Source of the DNA: a virus
Taxonomy: Duplodnaviria; Caudoviricetes
Virus record (IMG/VR): IMGVR_UViG_3300025098_000064
Location: 1-53,064 of that record
DNA: 53,064 bases
Strand: one strand, 5' to 3'
In this document: piece by piece, positions 18,038-27,088 of the stretch
Numbering within the stretch: the stretch's first letter is position 1
How the letters are laid out: each line of letters opens with the position of its first letter
Position numbers and translations under genes: made by a program
Notes under the pieces: generated by a model
Databases searched by the model: none
What the model was told of the DNA's origin: nothing
The model's input: the letters and a program-made list of their open reading frames with translations, nothing else

Positions 18038-18093
18038 GCCCACTTTTTAATCTCTCATCAGTTCCACTAACACAGACCAGCCCCTGCTTTTAC

Positions 18094-20451
18094 ATGACTT
18101 CTGATTTCGATCTCATCTCCCGCCAGCTTCGGAGAGAAATTGAACAAGGCGACATTGCTCAATCAAGGCTAAAAACCAAGACCAGAGCAGCTGAAGACAA
18201 AAGCTATGCGTCTTCTACTGTTTACGGTCAACAAATGGTCAAGTCAGCTTTTTCGCTAATCGCGAAGCAACTGGCTATCAATTTAAAGACTCTTGGTCGT
18301 GGTCAAGGTGCCGTTGATGGTGCCACTGTTTTCAAGCACCTGAAGGATGCAGATCTTGAAGTAACCGGTGCCCTTACAGCCAAAGTGCTACTAGATGTGC
18401 TCGGTAAAAAAGATCACCAAGTACCTTCTCAACTACAGATCACGGTTCCAATTGGGTCAGCAATTGAGACTGAGCAGAAACTTTGTTGGTATCTAAGCCA
18501 AGACAAAGATCTTTTCAAGAGAACAGAGCAAAGCTTTCACGGCAGCACAGGCACCCGTCAAAAGGCCACTGTCTTTCGTTTGAAATTCAACGAGGCCGGA
18601 CTTGTTTGGAAACCTTGGGGTTCAACTGTTCAGCACAAGGTCGGTTCATGGGCACTACGAGCCCTGATCGAATCAACTGGATGGGTCTATACAGATTTGA
18701 TCTGGACCAGCCCCCGCAAATCCAAAACAGTAATCCGATTCACTCAAGAATTTCTGGGTTTAAGGGACTCAATTATGGAACGGGCTTTAAGCCTCTCCTA
18801 TTGTTTGTATCCCATGCTTTGCGCTCCAGCACTGTGGACAAATGAGCAACGTGGGGGGTACTTGACCGAAGAGATCAGGGGCACATCACCCATGATTCGC
18901 AAGGCAAGTTTTGATGGCCCACCTAAGCAGGGAAACGTGCCGATTGATTTTCTAAACAATATCAACGCACAAAAACTGCGCATCAATCATCAGGTTCTTG
19001 ATGTTGCCGAATGGTGCTATGAGAACCGTCGACAAGTGGACAAGTTCAGAATCTCTGATGCTTTACCACTGCTCGATCCGTTCCTTGGTGACCCAATAAC
19101 TGAGCCGCAACGCTTCAAAGATTGGAAGCGTGAACAGCGCAAGATCAACGACTTCAATGCTCAGCTCTTTCAGTACAACTGGAGAGTCACCGAGACATTG
19201 TTTGTTGCTCGGATGTACAAGAATGAACCTTCATTCAGAATCCCTTGGAGCTTTTGCTACAGGGGAAGAATCTATCCGCTATGTACAGGGCTCAATCCAC
19301 AAGGTACAGACTTTGACAAAAGCCTGTTTTACTTTGCAGATGAAGGTCCAGTTAATGAGTATTGGATAGCCTGGAGCGTAGCAACCTGCTTCGGGCACGA
19401 TAAATTGAGTCATGATGATCGTGTGAATTGGACTAGAGAAAACAAATCTCTCATCAGTCGAATCGCTGATGATCCAATTTCTAATATCTCAGAATGGGAA
19501 AAGGCAGACGAGCCCTGGTGTTTCCTCGCCTCGGTATTTGAATATGCTGCTTGTTGTATCAACTTCACCAAGACCACATCTGGACTTGGAATTGGATTAG
19601 ATGCAACCCTATCTGGGCTTCAACATCTCAGTTCACTTACCAAAGACAAGGTAGCTGGTGCCCAATGCAATCTGATTTCTAATGGTGAGAACAGGCCAAA
19701 CGATGGTTACAAAACCGTCGCTGAAGCCTCTTTGAAATACATTAAAGATCCAGAAATACATCCTTACATCACACGTTCTGTTACCAAAAGATGCGTGATG
19801 ACGAAGGTTTACGGGTGTTCCAGAGACTCAGCTCGTACCTACATCAGACAAGCACTTAAGAAATCTGGGTTTGATATTTCAATACCTGGACGTTTAGGTG
19901 AAATTGTTGATGCTATCTACAAGCACGCAATGCCTGAAGTCTTTGAAGGTCCAGTGAAGGTAATGGATTGGCTCCAAGAGTCTGCTACTACCTTGCTAAA
20001 AGAGCGAGGACAAGAAACTATTGAATGGGTCACACCTTCAGGGTTTCGTGTTGTTCAAGACATTCGTCACCCCAAAACCAAAAGAATCAAGACTCAGTTA
20101 ATGGGTCAGGTTCAAAAGTTTATGGTCGGTGACGGTTACGGCGGTGTTGATTACAAGGGTCATAAAGCTGCGATTGCACCTAATTTTGTGCATTCACTAG
20201 ATTCTGCTCTGATCCAGCTGACCTTTGCCTATTGGGATCGTCCTTTCTCCGTAATCCATGATTGCGTTTTAGTTCGCTCCTGTGACACAGCTGAGATGAT
20301 GTCCGACATCAGAATGCATCATGCTGAGATCTATAAAGGAGATCCTTTGTATGATTTTGCAGATCAACTAGGACTTGAACGTCCTGAGCATTTGATGAAG
20401 AACACCTTAAATATCGACGATGTTAACAATTCACCTTATTTTTTTTGCTGA
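18094..20451 (+). CDS. Single-subunit DNA-directed RNA polymerase (T7 gp1-like)
   Basis: YRGRIY, motif A LDATLSGLQHLS, motif B RSVTKRCVMTKVYG, APNFVHSLDS and motif C VIHDC. Start reassigned to ATG 18094. Confidence 0.96.
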   Translation: MTSDFDLISRQLRREIEQGDIAQSRLKTKTRAAEDKSYASSTVYGQQMVKSAFSLIAKQLAINLKTLGRGQGAVDGATVFKHLKDADLEVTGALTAKVLLDVLGKKDHQVPSQLQITVPIGSAIETEQKLCWYLSQDKDLFKRTEQSFHGSTGTRQKATVFRLKFNEAGLVWKPWGSTVQHKVGSWALRALIESTGWVYTDLIWTSPRKSKTVIRFTQEFLGLRDSIMERALSLSYCLYPMLCAPALWTNEQRGGYLTEEIRGTSPMIRKASFDGPPKQGNVPIDFLNNINAQKLRINHQVLDVAEWCYENRRQVDKFRISDALPLLDPFLGDPITEPQRFKDWKREQRKINDFNAQLFQYNWRVTETLFVARMYKNEPSFRIPWSFCYRGRIYPLCTGLNPQGTDFDKSLFYFADEGPVNEYWIAWSVATCFGHDKLSHDDRVNWTRENKSLISRIADDPISNISEWEKADEPWCFLASVFEYAACCINFTKTTSGLGIGLDATLSGLQHLSSLTKDKVAGAQCNLISNGENRPNDGYKTVAEASLKYIKDPEIHPYITRSVTKRCVMTKVYGCSRDSARTYIRQALKKSGFDISIPGRLGEIVDAIYKHAMPEVFEGPVKVMDWLQESATTLLKERGQETIEWVTPSGFRVVQDIRHPKTKRIKTQLMGQVQKFMVGDGYGGVDYKGHKAAIAPNFVHSLDSALIQLTFAYWDRPFSVIHDCVLVRSCDTAEMMSDIRMHHAEIYKGDPLYDFADQLGLERPEHLMKNTLNIDDVNNSPYFFC

Positions 20452-20600
20452 TGTCTGGTATCCCACCGAACACTAGAACTGATGACCGTATCATTTATTA
20501 CGTGATGCATGAGCAGTACCAAAGAGCTGAAATCCTTGTTGCCATTGCGGAACAGCTGGAAGAAGCCTTTTTTGCTGCACCTTTGCTGACTGCGGAATGA
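20451..20600 (+). CDS. Small hypothetical protein (49 aa)
   Basis: TGATG overlap with the RNAP stop; MSGIPPNTRTDDRIIYYVMHEQYQRAEIL... Confidence 0.5.
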   Translation: MSGIPPNTRTDDRIIYYVMHEQYQRAEILVAIAEQLEEAFFAAPLLTAE

Positions 20601-20708
20601 TGCTCCCTAAAGTGCGGGATATGCGTTTATGCATTTTTTGCCTTGTTTGAGATCAGTTGTGGTAGTGAAATCGAATTAAAATGGGCTTGGACCCATTAGA
20701 GAGGTGTT

Positions 20709-21125
20709 ATGCCCTCCCCAAAGCCACAGCTCACGTCAGATGATTGTTTCCGCGCTTACCTGCTAATCGAGCTGCTTCGTTCCACTGGTGAACGTGAGTT
20801 TCCGCTGCAACTAGCCTCAACACTTTTTTATGTGATGTCCCACGACGGCTGTCGTATGGGTGATCTAGCCACGGCTACTGGTCTCTCATCGTCTTCAGTC
20901 ACACGGAACGTCCAATGGCTAGGAGAGCAGCACAGGCTTGAAGATCGGGAAGGGCTGAAGCTGATCCGGCGTGAGCAAGATCCAGAAGATTACAAAAGGT
21001 TTCGATTGTTTCTTACTCCAAAAGGGAAGCAATGGGTAAACCTGATCGGCAACATTAAATCCATGTCCTTCAAAGAGGTTGAAAGTCATGACCAAGACCA
21101 GTGGGAAAGTCAAGACTTGGGGTGA
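20709..21125 (+). CDS. MarR-family winged-helix transcriptional regulator
   Basis: GCRMGDLATATGLSSSSVTRNVQWL helix-turn-helix and DPEDYKRFRLFLTPKGK wing; GAGGTG ribosome-binding site. Confidence 0.85.
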   Translation: MPSPKPQLTSDDCFRAYLLIELLRSTGEREFPLQLASTLFYVMSHDGCRMGDLATATGLSSSSVTRNVQWLGEQHRLEDREGLKLIRREQDPEDYKRFRLFLTPKGKQWVNLIGNIKSMSFKEVESHDQDQWESQDLG

Positions 21126-21954
21126 GGCCCTTGACTTCACTTTTCAAAACCGTTGGAAACGCACCAGATCAGCAAAAACTGCGCTTATCAATGCCGGTCA
21201 TGTGACCGAATTTGGTGGCCGCTCATTTCCACTAAGGCGAATGAGTAGTCTTGCGTGGTGGATAGAGCTCAGGTCTGAACTTGAAGAGCAGGGCAAATCA
21301 AACGCCACTGTGAATCGGATCAGGTCAGCAGCTTCCACCGTCCTGAAGTACACCCACACCGCTGGGTTGCACGACGTGAAGTGCCCGAAGTTTGAAAGAG
21401 CTAAGGAGTCCGAATGTCGGCAGACCTACTTCACAAAGGACGACACCCAGAACATGGCTGCAATCGCCCGTGACCTATGGGGCGACCGTTGGGGCAACAA
21501 CCTGGCAGACATCATGCTGGTGGCCTTCTATGGCGGATTCAGGCAAGCAGAACTGCTTAACCTTCGTCCAGCGGATTACGACCAGGCGCTTGATCACTTA
21601 GTGATTGGCGGAAAACCCTGGAACATGACGAAATCCGGCAAGGTCCGCAAGATTGCCGTCAACCCCGCAATACAACCGATCATTCTCGACCGCTTGCAGA
21701 ACAATCGTCTTTTCGGAGAGGATTGGCGCAACAAAGATCAGCTCTATGGAGCGTTTAAAAAGGTACGAAATCGGGCTGGGTTTACTGAGGACTATGTATT
21801 TCACAGTCTTCGGCACGGATTCGGCACTGCGTTAGGTGCAGTGGCACACCCACGCATTGTTCAAGAGGCCCTCGGTCACACGACCATTGAGATGGCTCTC
21901 AAATACTGCAAAGCCAGTGACACGGCCACTAGATCTGCCCTTATGGCAATCTAA
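21088..21954 (+). CDS. int: Tyrosine integrase
   Basis: Catalytic set R (GGFRQAELL), K (TKSGK), HSLRH, LGH and Y (ALKYC); followed by a tRNA-like att core. Confidence 0.93.
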   Translation: MTKTSGKVKTWGEALDFTFQNRWKRTRSAKTALINAGHVTEFGGRSFPLRRMSSLAWWIELRSELEEQGKSNATVNRIRSAASTVLKYTHTAGLHDVKCPKFERAKESECRQTYFTKDDTQNMAAIARDLWGDRWGNNLADIMLVAFYGGFRQAELLNLRPADYDQALDHLVIGGKPWNMTKSGKVRKIAVNPAIQPIILDRLQNNRLFGEDWRNKDQLYGAFKKVRNRAGFTEDYVFHSLRHGFGTALGAVAHPRIVQEALGHTTIEMALKYCKASDTATRSALMAI

Positions 21955-22036
21955 AGCGACTAGCACACCCCTCAAACACCCTGTTTTTGGTCGGTGTACT
22001 ACTCAAACGACGGATCCTCAATTGCTGAGATCCCAG

Positions 22037-22077
22037 GCCCATCTGGCGGAATTGGTAGACGCGCTGGTTTTAGGTAC
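22037..22077 (+). mobile_element. Putative attP core: 5' half of tRNA-Leu(TAG)
   Basis: GCCCATCTGGCGGAATTGGTAGACGCGCTGGTTTTAGGTAC has the acceptor 5' strand, D-arm and anticodon loop (TAG). There is no T-arm or 3' half. It lies 82 nt after int. Confidence 0.85.
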
Positions 22078-22117
22078 TGCTGAAATCGTGTCCCACTTAC
22101 GCAACTGAAGAGCACCT

Positions 22118-22141
22118 GGGGGAGTCACATCCCCCTTTTTT
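22118..22141 (+). terminator. Intrinsic terminator downstream of int/attP
   Basis: GGGGGA-GTCACA-TCCCCC followed by TTTTTT. Confidence 0.85.
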
Positions 22142-22191
22142 ATTGGTCTCTCATCAGTTCCACTTAGACAGATAACTAACACGCATAACTA

Positions 22192-22347
22192 ATGAGCCTT
22201 TTTCATTACTCCGAGATGACATATGACGAGCTCACAAGTGCTGTGACCCTCGAAAAAGCTTGCCAATTAAGTCAAGCAGAGATCGATGAATTAACTGATG
22301 AGGAGTTCACTGAATTTCTTGCATGTTGTTCCATCTATGAAGACTAA
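22192..22347 (+). CDS. Small acidic protein (51 aa)
   Basis: MSLFHYSEMTYDELTSAVTLEKACQLSQAEIDELTDEEFTEFLACCSIYED*, following the motif at 22159. Confidence 0.55.
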   Translation: MSLFHYSEMTYDELTSAVTLEKACQLSQAEIDELTDEEFTEFLACCSIYED

Positions 22348-22391
22348 ATATCCAATCAACATATCTAACCAACTCACCCACAATTTCACCC

Positions 22392-22964
22392 ATGGCTAAC
22401 CGCTACCAGTTTAAAACCACCCTTACTGGCTTTATCAATGTCTTTGAGGATTCAGGTCAATTCAACAATCGAGGGTTCAAATACACCCTTCCCAAAGACA
22501 TCATTGCTGAGATGGAAGAAGAGCGAGAAGGTATTCTCGACTGGTGTAAAACCAAGGCTAAAGGTAAAGTTCTCGTCGATTTTGCCCCTTGGGAGCGTTC
22601 CGAAGAAGGACTTGTTTCGTACAGCTATAGCAATGAAAGCCGCAATCCTGAGCCTGTGTTTGTTGATTCCACGGGATCTCCTATTGAAAAGTCTGTATTA
22701 CGTGACCTAAGAAAAGGCACGGAAGTAAACATGATCGTGAGCCATAAACCATCGATGCCTCCTGGCAAGATCGGCTCAAAGCTAGTTGTTCATGGGATCC
22801 AAATCGTCAAGCTTGCCACCGGAAATGGCGCATTAGACAGTGGCTCACTCTCAGAGGATGAAGTGACAGCGATGTTTGGCAAAGTCGATGGCTTTACCCA
22901 AGACGAACCAGCTGTTCGTGAGCTGGTTGCTAGTGCTGCTTCAGAGGATAGCTACGACTTCTGA
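22392..22964 (+). CDS. Single-stranded DNA-binding protein (T7 gp2.5-like)
   Basis: First gene of the replication block; acidic C-terminus ending in Phe (SEDSYDF). Confidence 0.8.
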   Translation: MANRYQFKTTLTGFINVFEDSGQFNNRGFKYTLPKDIIAEMEEEREGILDWCKTKAKGKVLVDFAPWERSEEGLVSYSYSNESRNPEPVFVDSTGSPIEKSVLRDLRKGTEVNMIVSHKPSMPPGKIGSKLVVHGIQIVKLATGNGALDSGSLSEDEVTAMFGKVDGFTQDEPAVRELVASAASEDSYDF

Positions 22965-23314
22965 TGAATTACCGCTCCGGCCTAGAGGAGCGCTTTGCAA
23001 ACTTACTTGATAAAAAAGCTATTCCTTACCTTTACGAAGTAGATCGCATTAAGTACACCATTCAATCTAAATATACCCCTGACTTTTCATTAAAGAATGG
23101 GGTAATCATAGAGACGAAAGGGTTCTTCAAAGGTAGCGATCGAAGCAAGCATCTTGCAGTAAAGGCTCAGAATCCTGAGCTTGATATTAGATTTGTTTTT
23201 CAGCGCAATAATACATTATCTCGGAAAAGTTCCACAACATATGGAGATTGGTGCGATAAGCACGGTTTCCAGTGGTGCATCTTTCCCAATATTCCACCCA
23301 CTTGGTTTCTATGA
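22964..23314 (+). CDS. Endonuclease I / Holliday junction resolvase (T7 gp3-like)
   Basis: YRSGLEE, YTPDF, IIETKG and LDIRFVF...TTYGDWCDKHGF. Confidence 0.93.
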   Translation: MNYRSGLEERFANLLDKKAIPYLYEVDRIKYTIQSKYTPDFSLKNGVIIETKGFFKGSDRSKHLAVKAQNPELDIRFVFQRNNTLSRKSSTTYGDWCDKHGFQWCIFPNIPPTWFL

Positions 23315-23451
23315 ACGATGGACTAGTAATGCTCCGCCTTGATGCTTTCATCGCGGAGCTTGAGGTAGAAGGTTTTCCGATTGATTACATCATGGATGAA
23401 CTTTATGAGTATTTAGAAATCTACGATGAACTCCAACTACCCGCAAAATGA
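23311..23451 (+). CDS. Small acidic protein (46 aa)
   Basis: MNDGLVMLRLDAFIAELEVEGFPIDYIMDELYEYLEIYDELQLPAK*; ATGA overlap with the endonuclease. Confidence 0.55.
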   Translation: MNDGLVMLRLDAFIAELEVEGFPIDYIMDELYEYLEIYDELQLPAK

Positions 23452-25051
23452 ATGTATTCGACATGAATCTTGCCCGGTGTGTCCGAGTAGTGATGCCTTC
23501 GCTGTCTATTCTGATAATGGTGGCTACTGCTTCTCATGCGGATACTATCGGCGAGGTGACAGCGATGACAGTTTGCACAGTCAATTACACCACCAACAAA
23601 GTCATCAAATGCAGGCAACCGAAAGTTTTTCCTATCAAGGGGACTATGCGGGAATCAGAACCAGGAAACTCACAGAAGAAACCTGCCGGAAATTCAACGT
23701 CAAGGTTTCATCTGGACCTGTAGTCAGATTTCCTTACTATTCTGGTGGTCAGGTCGTTGCTTATAAAGAGCGCGATCAACAAAAGAACTTCACCTGGAAA
23801 GGTAAGAACGTAGACCAGCAGCTATTTGGTCAGCAGTTATTTGGTAGTGGCAAAACTATTGTCATTACTGAGGGCGAATTTGATTGTCTTTCAGTTTGGC
23901 AGGCCAGAAATAATTGGCCAGTGGTGAGCATCCCAAATGGTGCTCAGTCAGCCAAAAAAAGTTTGCAAGCCCAGCTGAAATTCCTTCTCGGATTTTCTGA
24001 AATTGTTCTCATGTTTGATGGGGACTCAGCAGGCCAACAGGCTATGGAGGAGTGCGTTGCGCTCTTTCCCTCTGATCAAGTTTTCATCGCAACTATTGCT
24101 GGTTATAAAGATGCCTCCGAGGCTCTTATGGCTGGTGATGGTGAGGCAATTCGCCAAGCTTATTACAACAAACGCTCCTATGTCCCGCAAGCAATCATCG
24201 ACGGTCGAGACCTTTTCGATCTCGTGTCTACGCCCCTCCATGGCCGCGATGCTGATTACCCTTACCCTTCTCTCAATACCATTACAGGTGGCCTTAGGCG
24301 TGGGGAGTTGGTTACCTACACAGCGGGAAGTGGGACGGGAAAAAGTACCGTATGTGGTGAAATCGCAGTCTCTTTGATTAATCAAAATCAAAAGGTTGGA
24401 TTTATCGCCTTAGAGGAAAGCGTTCAGCGCAGTGGCCTAAGACTCATGACTGTGGCTGCAAACAAACCATTACACCTTGACAATCAAATCGATGAACAGC
24501 ATTTCCGTAAAGCCTTCGATAGTACTCTCGGCTCTGGTCGGGTATTCATGCGGGATGGCTTCGGTAGTGTTGATCCTGACGCTCTGTTAAATGACATCCG
24601 CTTCCTTGTTAAGACAAACGGGGTTGAATGGGTCATTCTTGATCACCTCAGCATTTTGCTGTCAGGTAATGATTCACATGACGAGCGTAAAATGATCGAC
24701 ATTGTAATGACAAAGCTGAGATCATTTGTTCAGGAATGTAATATTGGGATGATATTAGTCTCTCATCTCAAACGTATCCAAGGTGACAAAGGTCATGAAG
24801 ACGGTGCGCGTGTATCTATGTCACAACTTCGCGGATCTGGATCAATAGCTCAACTAAGCGATCTTGTTATCGCCTTGGAACGGGACATAAGTAAGGGCGA
24901 CAATCGCTCAAAACTTGTCACCTTGAAAAACAGGTTTAATGGCCAGACAGGCCCGAGTGGAGACCTTGCTTATGACAAGGAGACAGGACGCCTCACAACC
25001 GCTTTATTCGACCCAATCGATTCCACTACCACAACCGACTATGAATTTTAG
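23426..25051 (+). CDS. Primase-helicase (T7 gp4-like)
   Basis: Zinc finger CPVC...CFSC, TOPRIM ITEGEFD/FDGD, Walker A AGSGTGKST, ILDHLS, LRGSGSIAQLSD and KNRFNG. Confidence 0.96.
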   Translation: MNSNYPQNECIRHESCPVCPSSDAFAVYSDNGGYCFSCGYYRRGDSDDSLHSQLHHQQSHQMQATESFSYQGDYAGIRTRKLTEETCRKFNVKVSSGPVVRFPYYSGGQVVAYKERDQQKNFTWKGKNVDQQLFGQQLFGSGKTIVITEGEFDCLSVWQARNNWPVVSIPNGAQSAKKSLQAQLKFLLGFSEIVLMFDGDSAGQQAMEECVALFPSDQVFIATIAGYKDASEALMAGDGEAIRQAYYNKRSYVPQAIIDGRDLFDLVSTPLHGRDADYPYPSLNTITGGLRRGELVTYTAGSGTGKSTVCGEIAVSLINQNQKVGFIALEESVQRSGLRLMTVAANKPLHLDNQIDEQHFRKAFDSTLGSGRVFMRDGFGSVDPDALLNDIRFLVKTNGVEWVILDHLSILLSGNDSHDERKMIDIVMTKLRSFVQECNIGMILVSHLKRIQGDKGHEDGARVSMSQLRGSGSIAQLSDLVIALERDISKGDNRSKLVTLKNRFNGQTGPSGDLAYDKETGRLTTALFDPIDSTTTTDYEF

Positions 25052-25331
25052 AGCCGTTCTTTTCACCAAACAGGATTGCCTGCCCTGCATCACTACTAAA
25101 GATGCACTCAATAAAGTTTTGAAGCTCAACCCAGCTTGTGGTAACTACATTGCCACGTTGGAAAAAGAAAACCACTCTGCTCTTGTTGCAGCTTATGGGC
25201 TTGAGATGTATCCAACTCTCCTTGTTGTTGATGACAACGGGGAAGAGGTAGGCCGTTTTACTGGCGGCAAAAAAGTCCGCGAGTACCTCCCAGGAATCTT
25301 ATCCACCCTGCGAATACTGGAATGCGCTTAG
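25041..25331 (+). CDS. Thioredoxin/glutaredoxin-like protein
   Basis: LFTKQDCLPC (CxxC) and YGLEMYPTLLVVD...GRFTG (cis-Pro loop). Start reassigned to ATG 25041. Confidence 0.85.
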   Translation: MNFRAVLFTKQDCLPCITTKDALNKVLKLNPACGNYIATLEKENHSALVAAYGLEMYPTLLVVDDNGEEVGRFTGGKKVREYLPGILSTLRILECA

Positions 25332-27088
25332 TAGCAGACATCGAGACCAATGGACTGCTCAGGCAAACCAATCCTGTCATTCATTGTTTGGTAACACAGG
25401 ACATCGATACCGGGGAAGTGATCCGGTATGACGATTCAGGTTCTTACCCCCCTATTAAACAAGGGCTAACCAATCTCATGGTGGCTGATGAAATATGGGG
25501 GCATAACTGGATTGGATTTGACCAGTCCTTTATCCGTGAGATCTATCCGTTCTACGAGCCCAAGGGCAAGACCTATGACACGCTCATTCTGTCTCGTTTG
25601 TTTTTCACTGATCTTCTTGATCGGGATTTTAGGCGCAAACCTGCCTTGATGCCTGCAAACCTGTATGGGCGTCATAGTTTAGAGAGCTGGGGGCATCGTC
25701 TATCTTGTCATAAATCTGAGTATGGCAAAACTCTAGAGAATGACTGGTCTATCTACACACCAGAGATGCTGGAATACTGCGTCCGAGACGTAGAAGTCAG
25801 CGTCAAGGTTGTAGAGATGTTCCTTCCCAAGATGGAACAGTACAAAGACTGCATCGCAACGGAGCACAAGGTTGCTGAGATTATGTCTTGGCAAGAATCT
25901 ATGGGTTGGCCATTTGATGTAGCTGCTGCTCATCAACTCGAAGGAAAGCTACGAACTGAACTCGACTCACTCTCAGACGAGATGAGATCAACATTCCTCT
26001 TTGTAAATGGTGGAGTGTTTACGCCTAAGCGCAATAACTCAACACAGGGTTATGTCGAAGGGGCGGCAATGTGCAAACTCAAAGAGTTCAGTCCTACAAG
26101 CCGTGACCATGTGGCGTGGGCTTTCGAGACCTTCCGAGGATGGACGCCTAAAGAACGTACAGATTCAGGTCGAGCCAAGATTGATGACAAGGTACTTAAA
26201 GAGATCGGTACGCCTGAAGCTCTTAAGTTTTCTCGCATCTTGGAACTACAGAAACACCTTGGACAACTGTCTGAAGGTAAGAACGCATGGCTCAAATTAG
26301 AAAACAATGGTCGATTACATCATTCCTGCATTCTTAATACTAATACGGGGCGAATGGCCCATATCCGTATTAATGCTGCCCAAGTCCCTAGTGCTCCTGA
26401 ATATCGATCCTTATTCGGTCCAGGTGAGGGAAGAGTTCAGGTCGCTGCTGACGCCTCTGGTTTGGAATTACGTTGTCTTGGTAGTTATCTTGCTGTCTTT
26501 GATGATTTTAAATTCTCGAAGGAAGTAGTCGAAGGTGACATTCATACAGCTCTGGCCAAGATCTATAAGACCACAAGATCGCTGGGCAAAAATGTAACTT
26601 ATGCGACGATCTATGGCGGGGGCAACATGAAGTTAGGTCTGACGGCTGGTGCTTCAAAAGAGAATGCAGCCAAGAGGGGTAAAGAGATTCGGAACAGTAT
26701 CTTGAAAAACCTTGATGGCTTTGCTGATCTCTCATCAGCTATAGCCGAGCGAGCCAAATCTGGTGTGCTCAAAGGTTTAGACGGAAGACCTATCCGTTTA
26801 CAAGGTAAGGCTCACGCTTCACTGAACTATTTACTTCAGAGTGCGGGCGCAATTATATGTAAATTGTGGCTTATTCGTACCCACGAGCTACTACAAGAGG
26901 CCGGGGTTGATTATTACCCATTGGGCTTCATTCATGATGAACAACAGCTCTCCGTCGCTCCTGGTGACGCTGAGAAGGCTGCATTTTGTCTAGTCGCGGC
27001 CATGAAGGACGTGCAACACCAACTAAACTTTAAATGTGAATTAGATGCAGAGTCTGTTATCGGCAACAATTGGGCGGAATGTCATTAG
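25322..27088 (+). CDS. Family A DNA polymerase (T7 gp5-like)
   Basis: Exonuclease motif DIETNG, motif A DASGLELRCL, motif B KNVTYATIYG and motif C IHDE. Confidence 0.96.
   Translation: MRLVADIETNGLLRQTNPVIHCLVTQDIDTGEVIRYDDSGSYPPIKQGLTNLMVADEIWGHNWIGFDQSFIREIYPFYEPKGKTYDTLILSRLFFTDLLDRDFRRKPALMPANLYGRHSLESWGHRLSCHKSEYGKTLENDWSIYTPEMLEYCVRDVEVSVKVVEMFLPKMEQYKDCIATEHKVAEIMSWQESMGWPFDVAAAHQLEGKLRTELDSLSDEMRSTFLFVNGGVFTPKRNNSTQGYVEGAAMCKLKEFSPTSRDHVAWAFETFRGWTPKERTDSGRAKIDDKVLKEIGTPEALKFSRILELQKHLGQLSEGKNAWLKLENNGRLHHSCILNTNTGRMAHIRINAAQVPSAPEYRSLFGPGEGRVQVAADASGLELRCLGSYLAVFDDFKFSKEVVEGDIHTALAKIYKTTRSLGKNVTYATIYGGGNMKLGLTAGASKENAAKRGKEIRNSILKNLDGFADLSSAIAERAKSGVLKGLDGRPIRLQGKAHASLNYLLQSAGAIICKLWLIRTHELLQEAGVDYYPLGFIHDEQQLSVAPGDAEKAAFCLVAAMKDVQHQLNFKCELDAESVIGNNWAECH

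Noticed and set aside
15904-18075. TCCACT-motif series as a CRISPR-like array
   Set aside because: The repeats are short and degenerate, irregularly spaced by hundreds of bases, and separated by ORFs. No cas genes are present.
22037-22110. Functional tRNA-Leu gene
   Set aside because: The anticodon stem breaks after 2 bp. There is no variable arm, no T-arm (GTTC) and no acceptor 3' strand.
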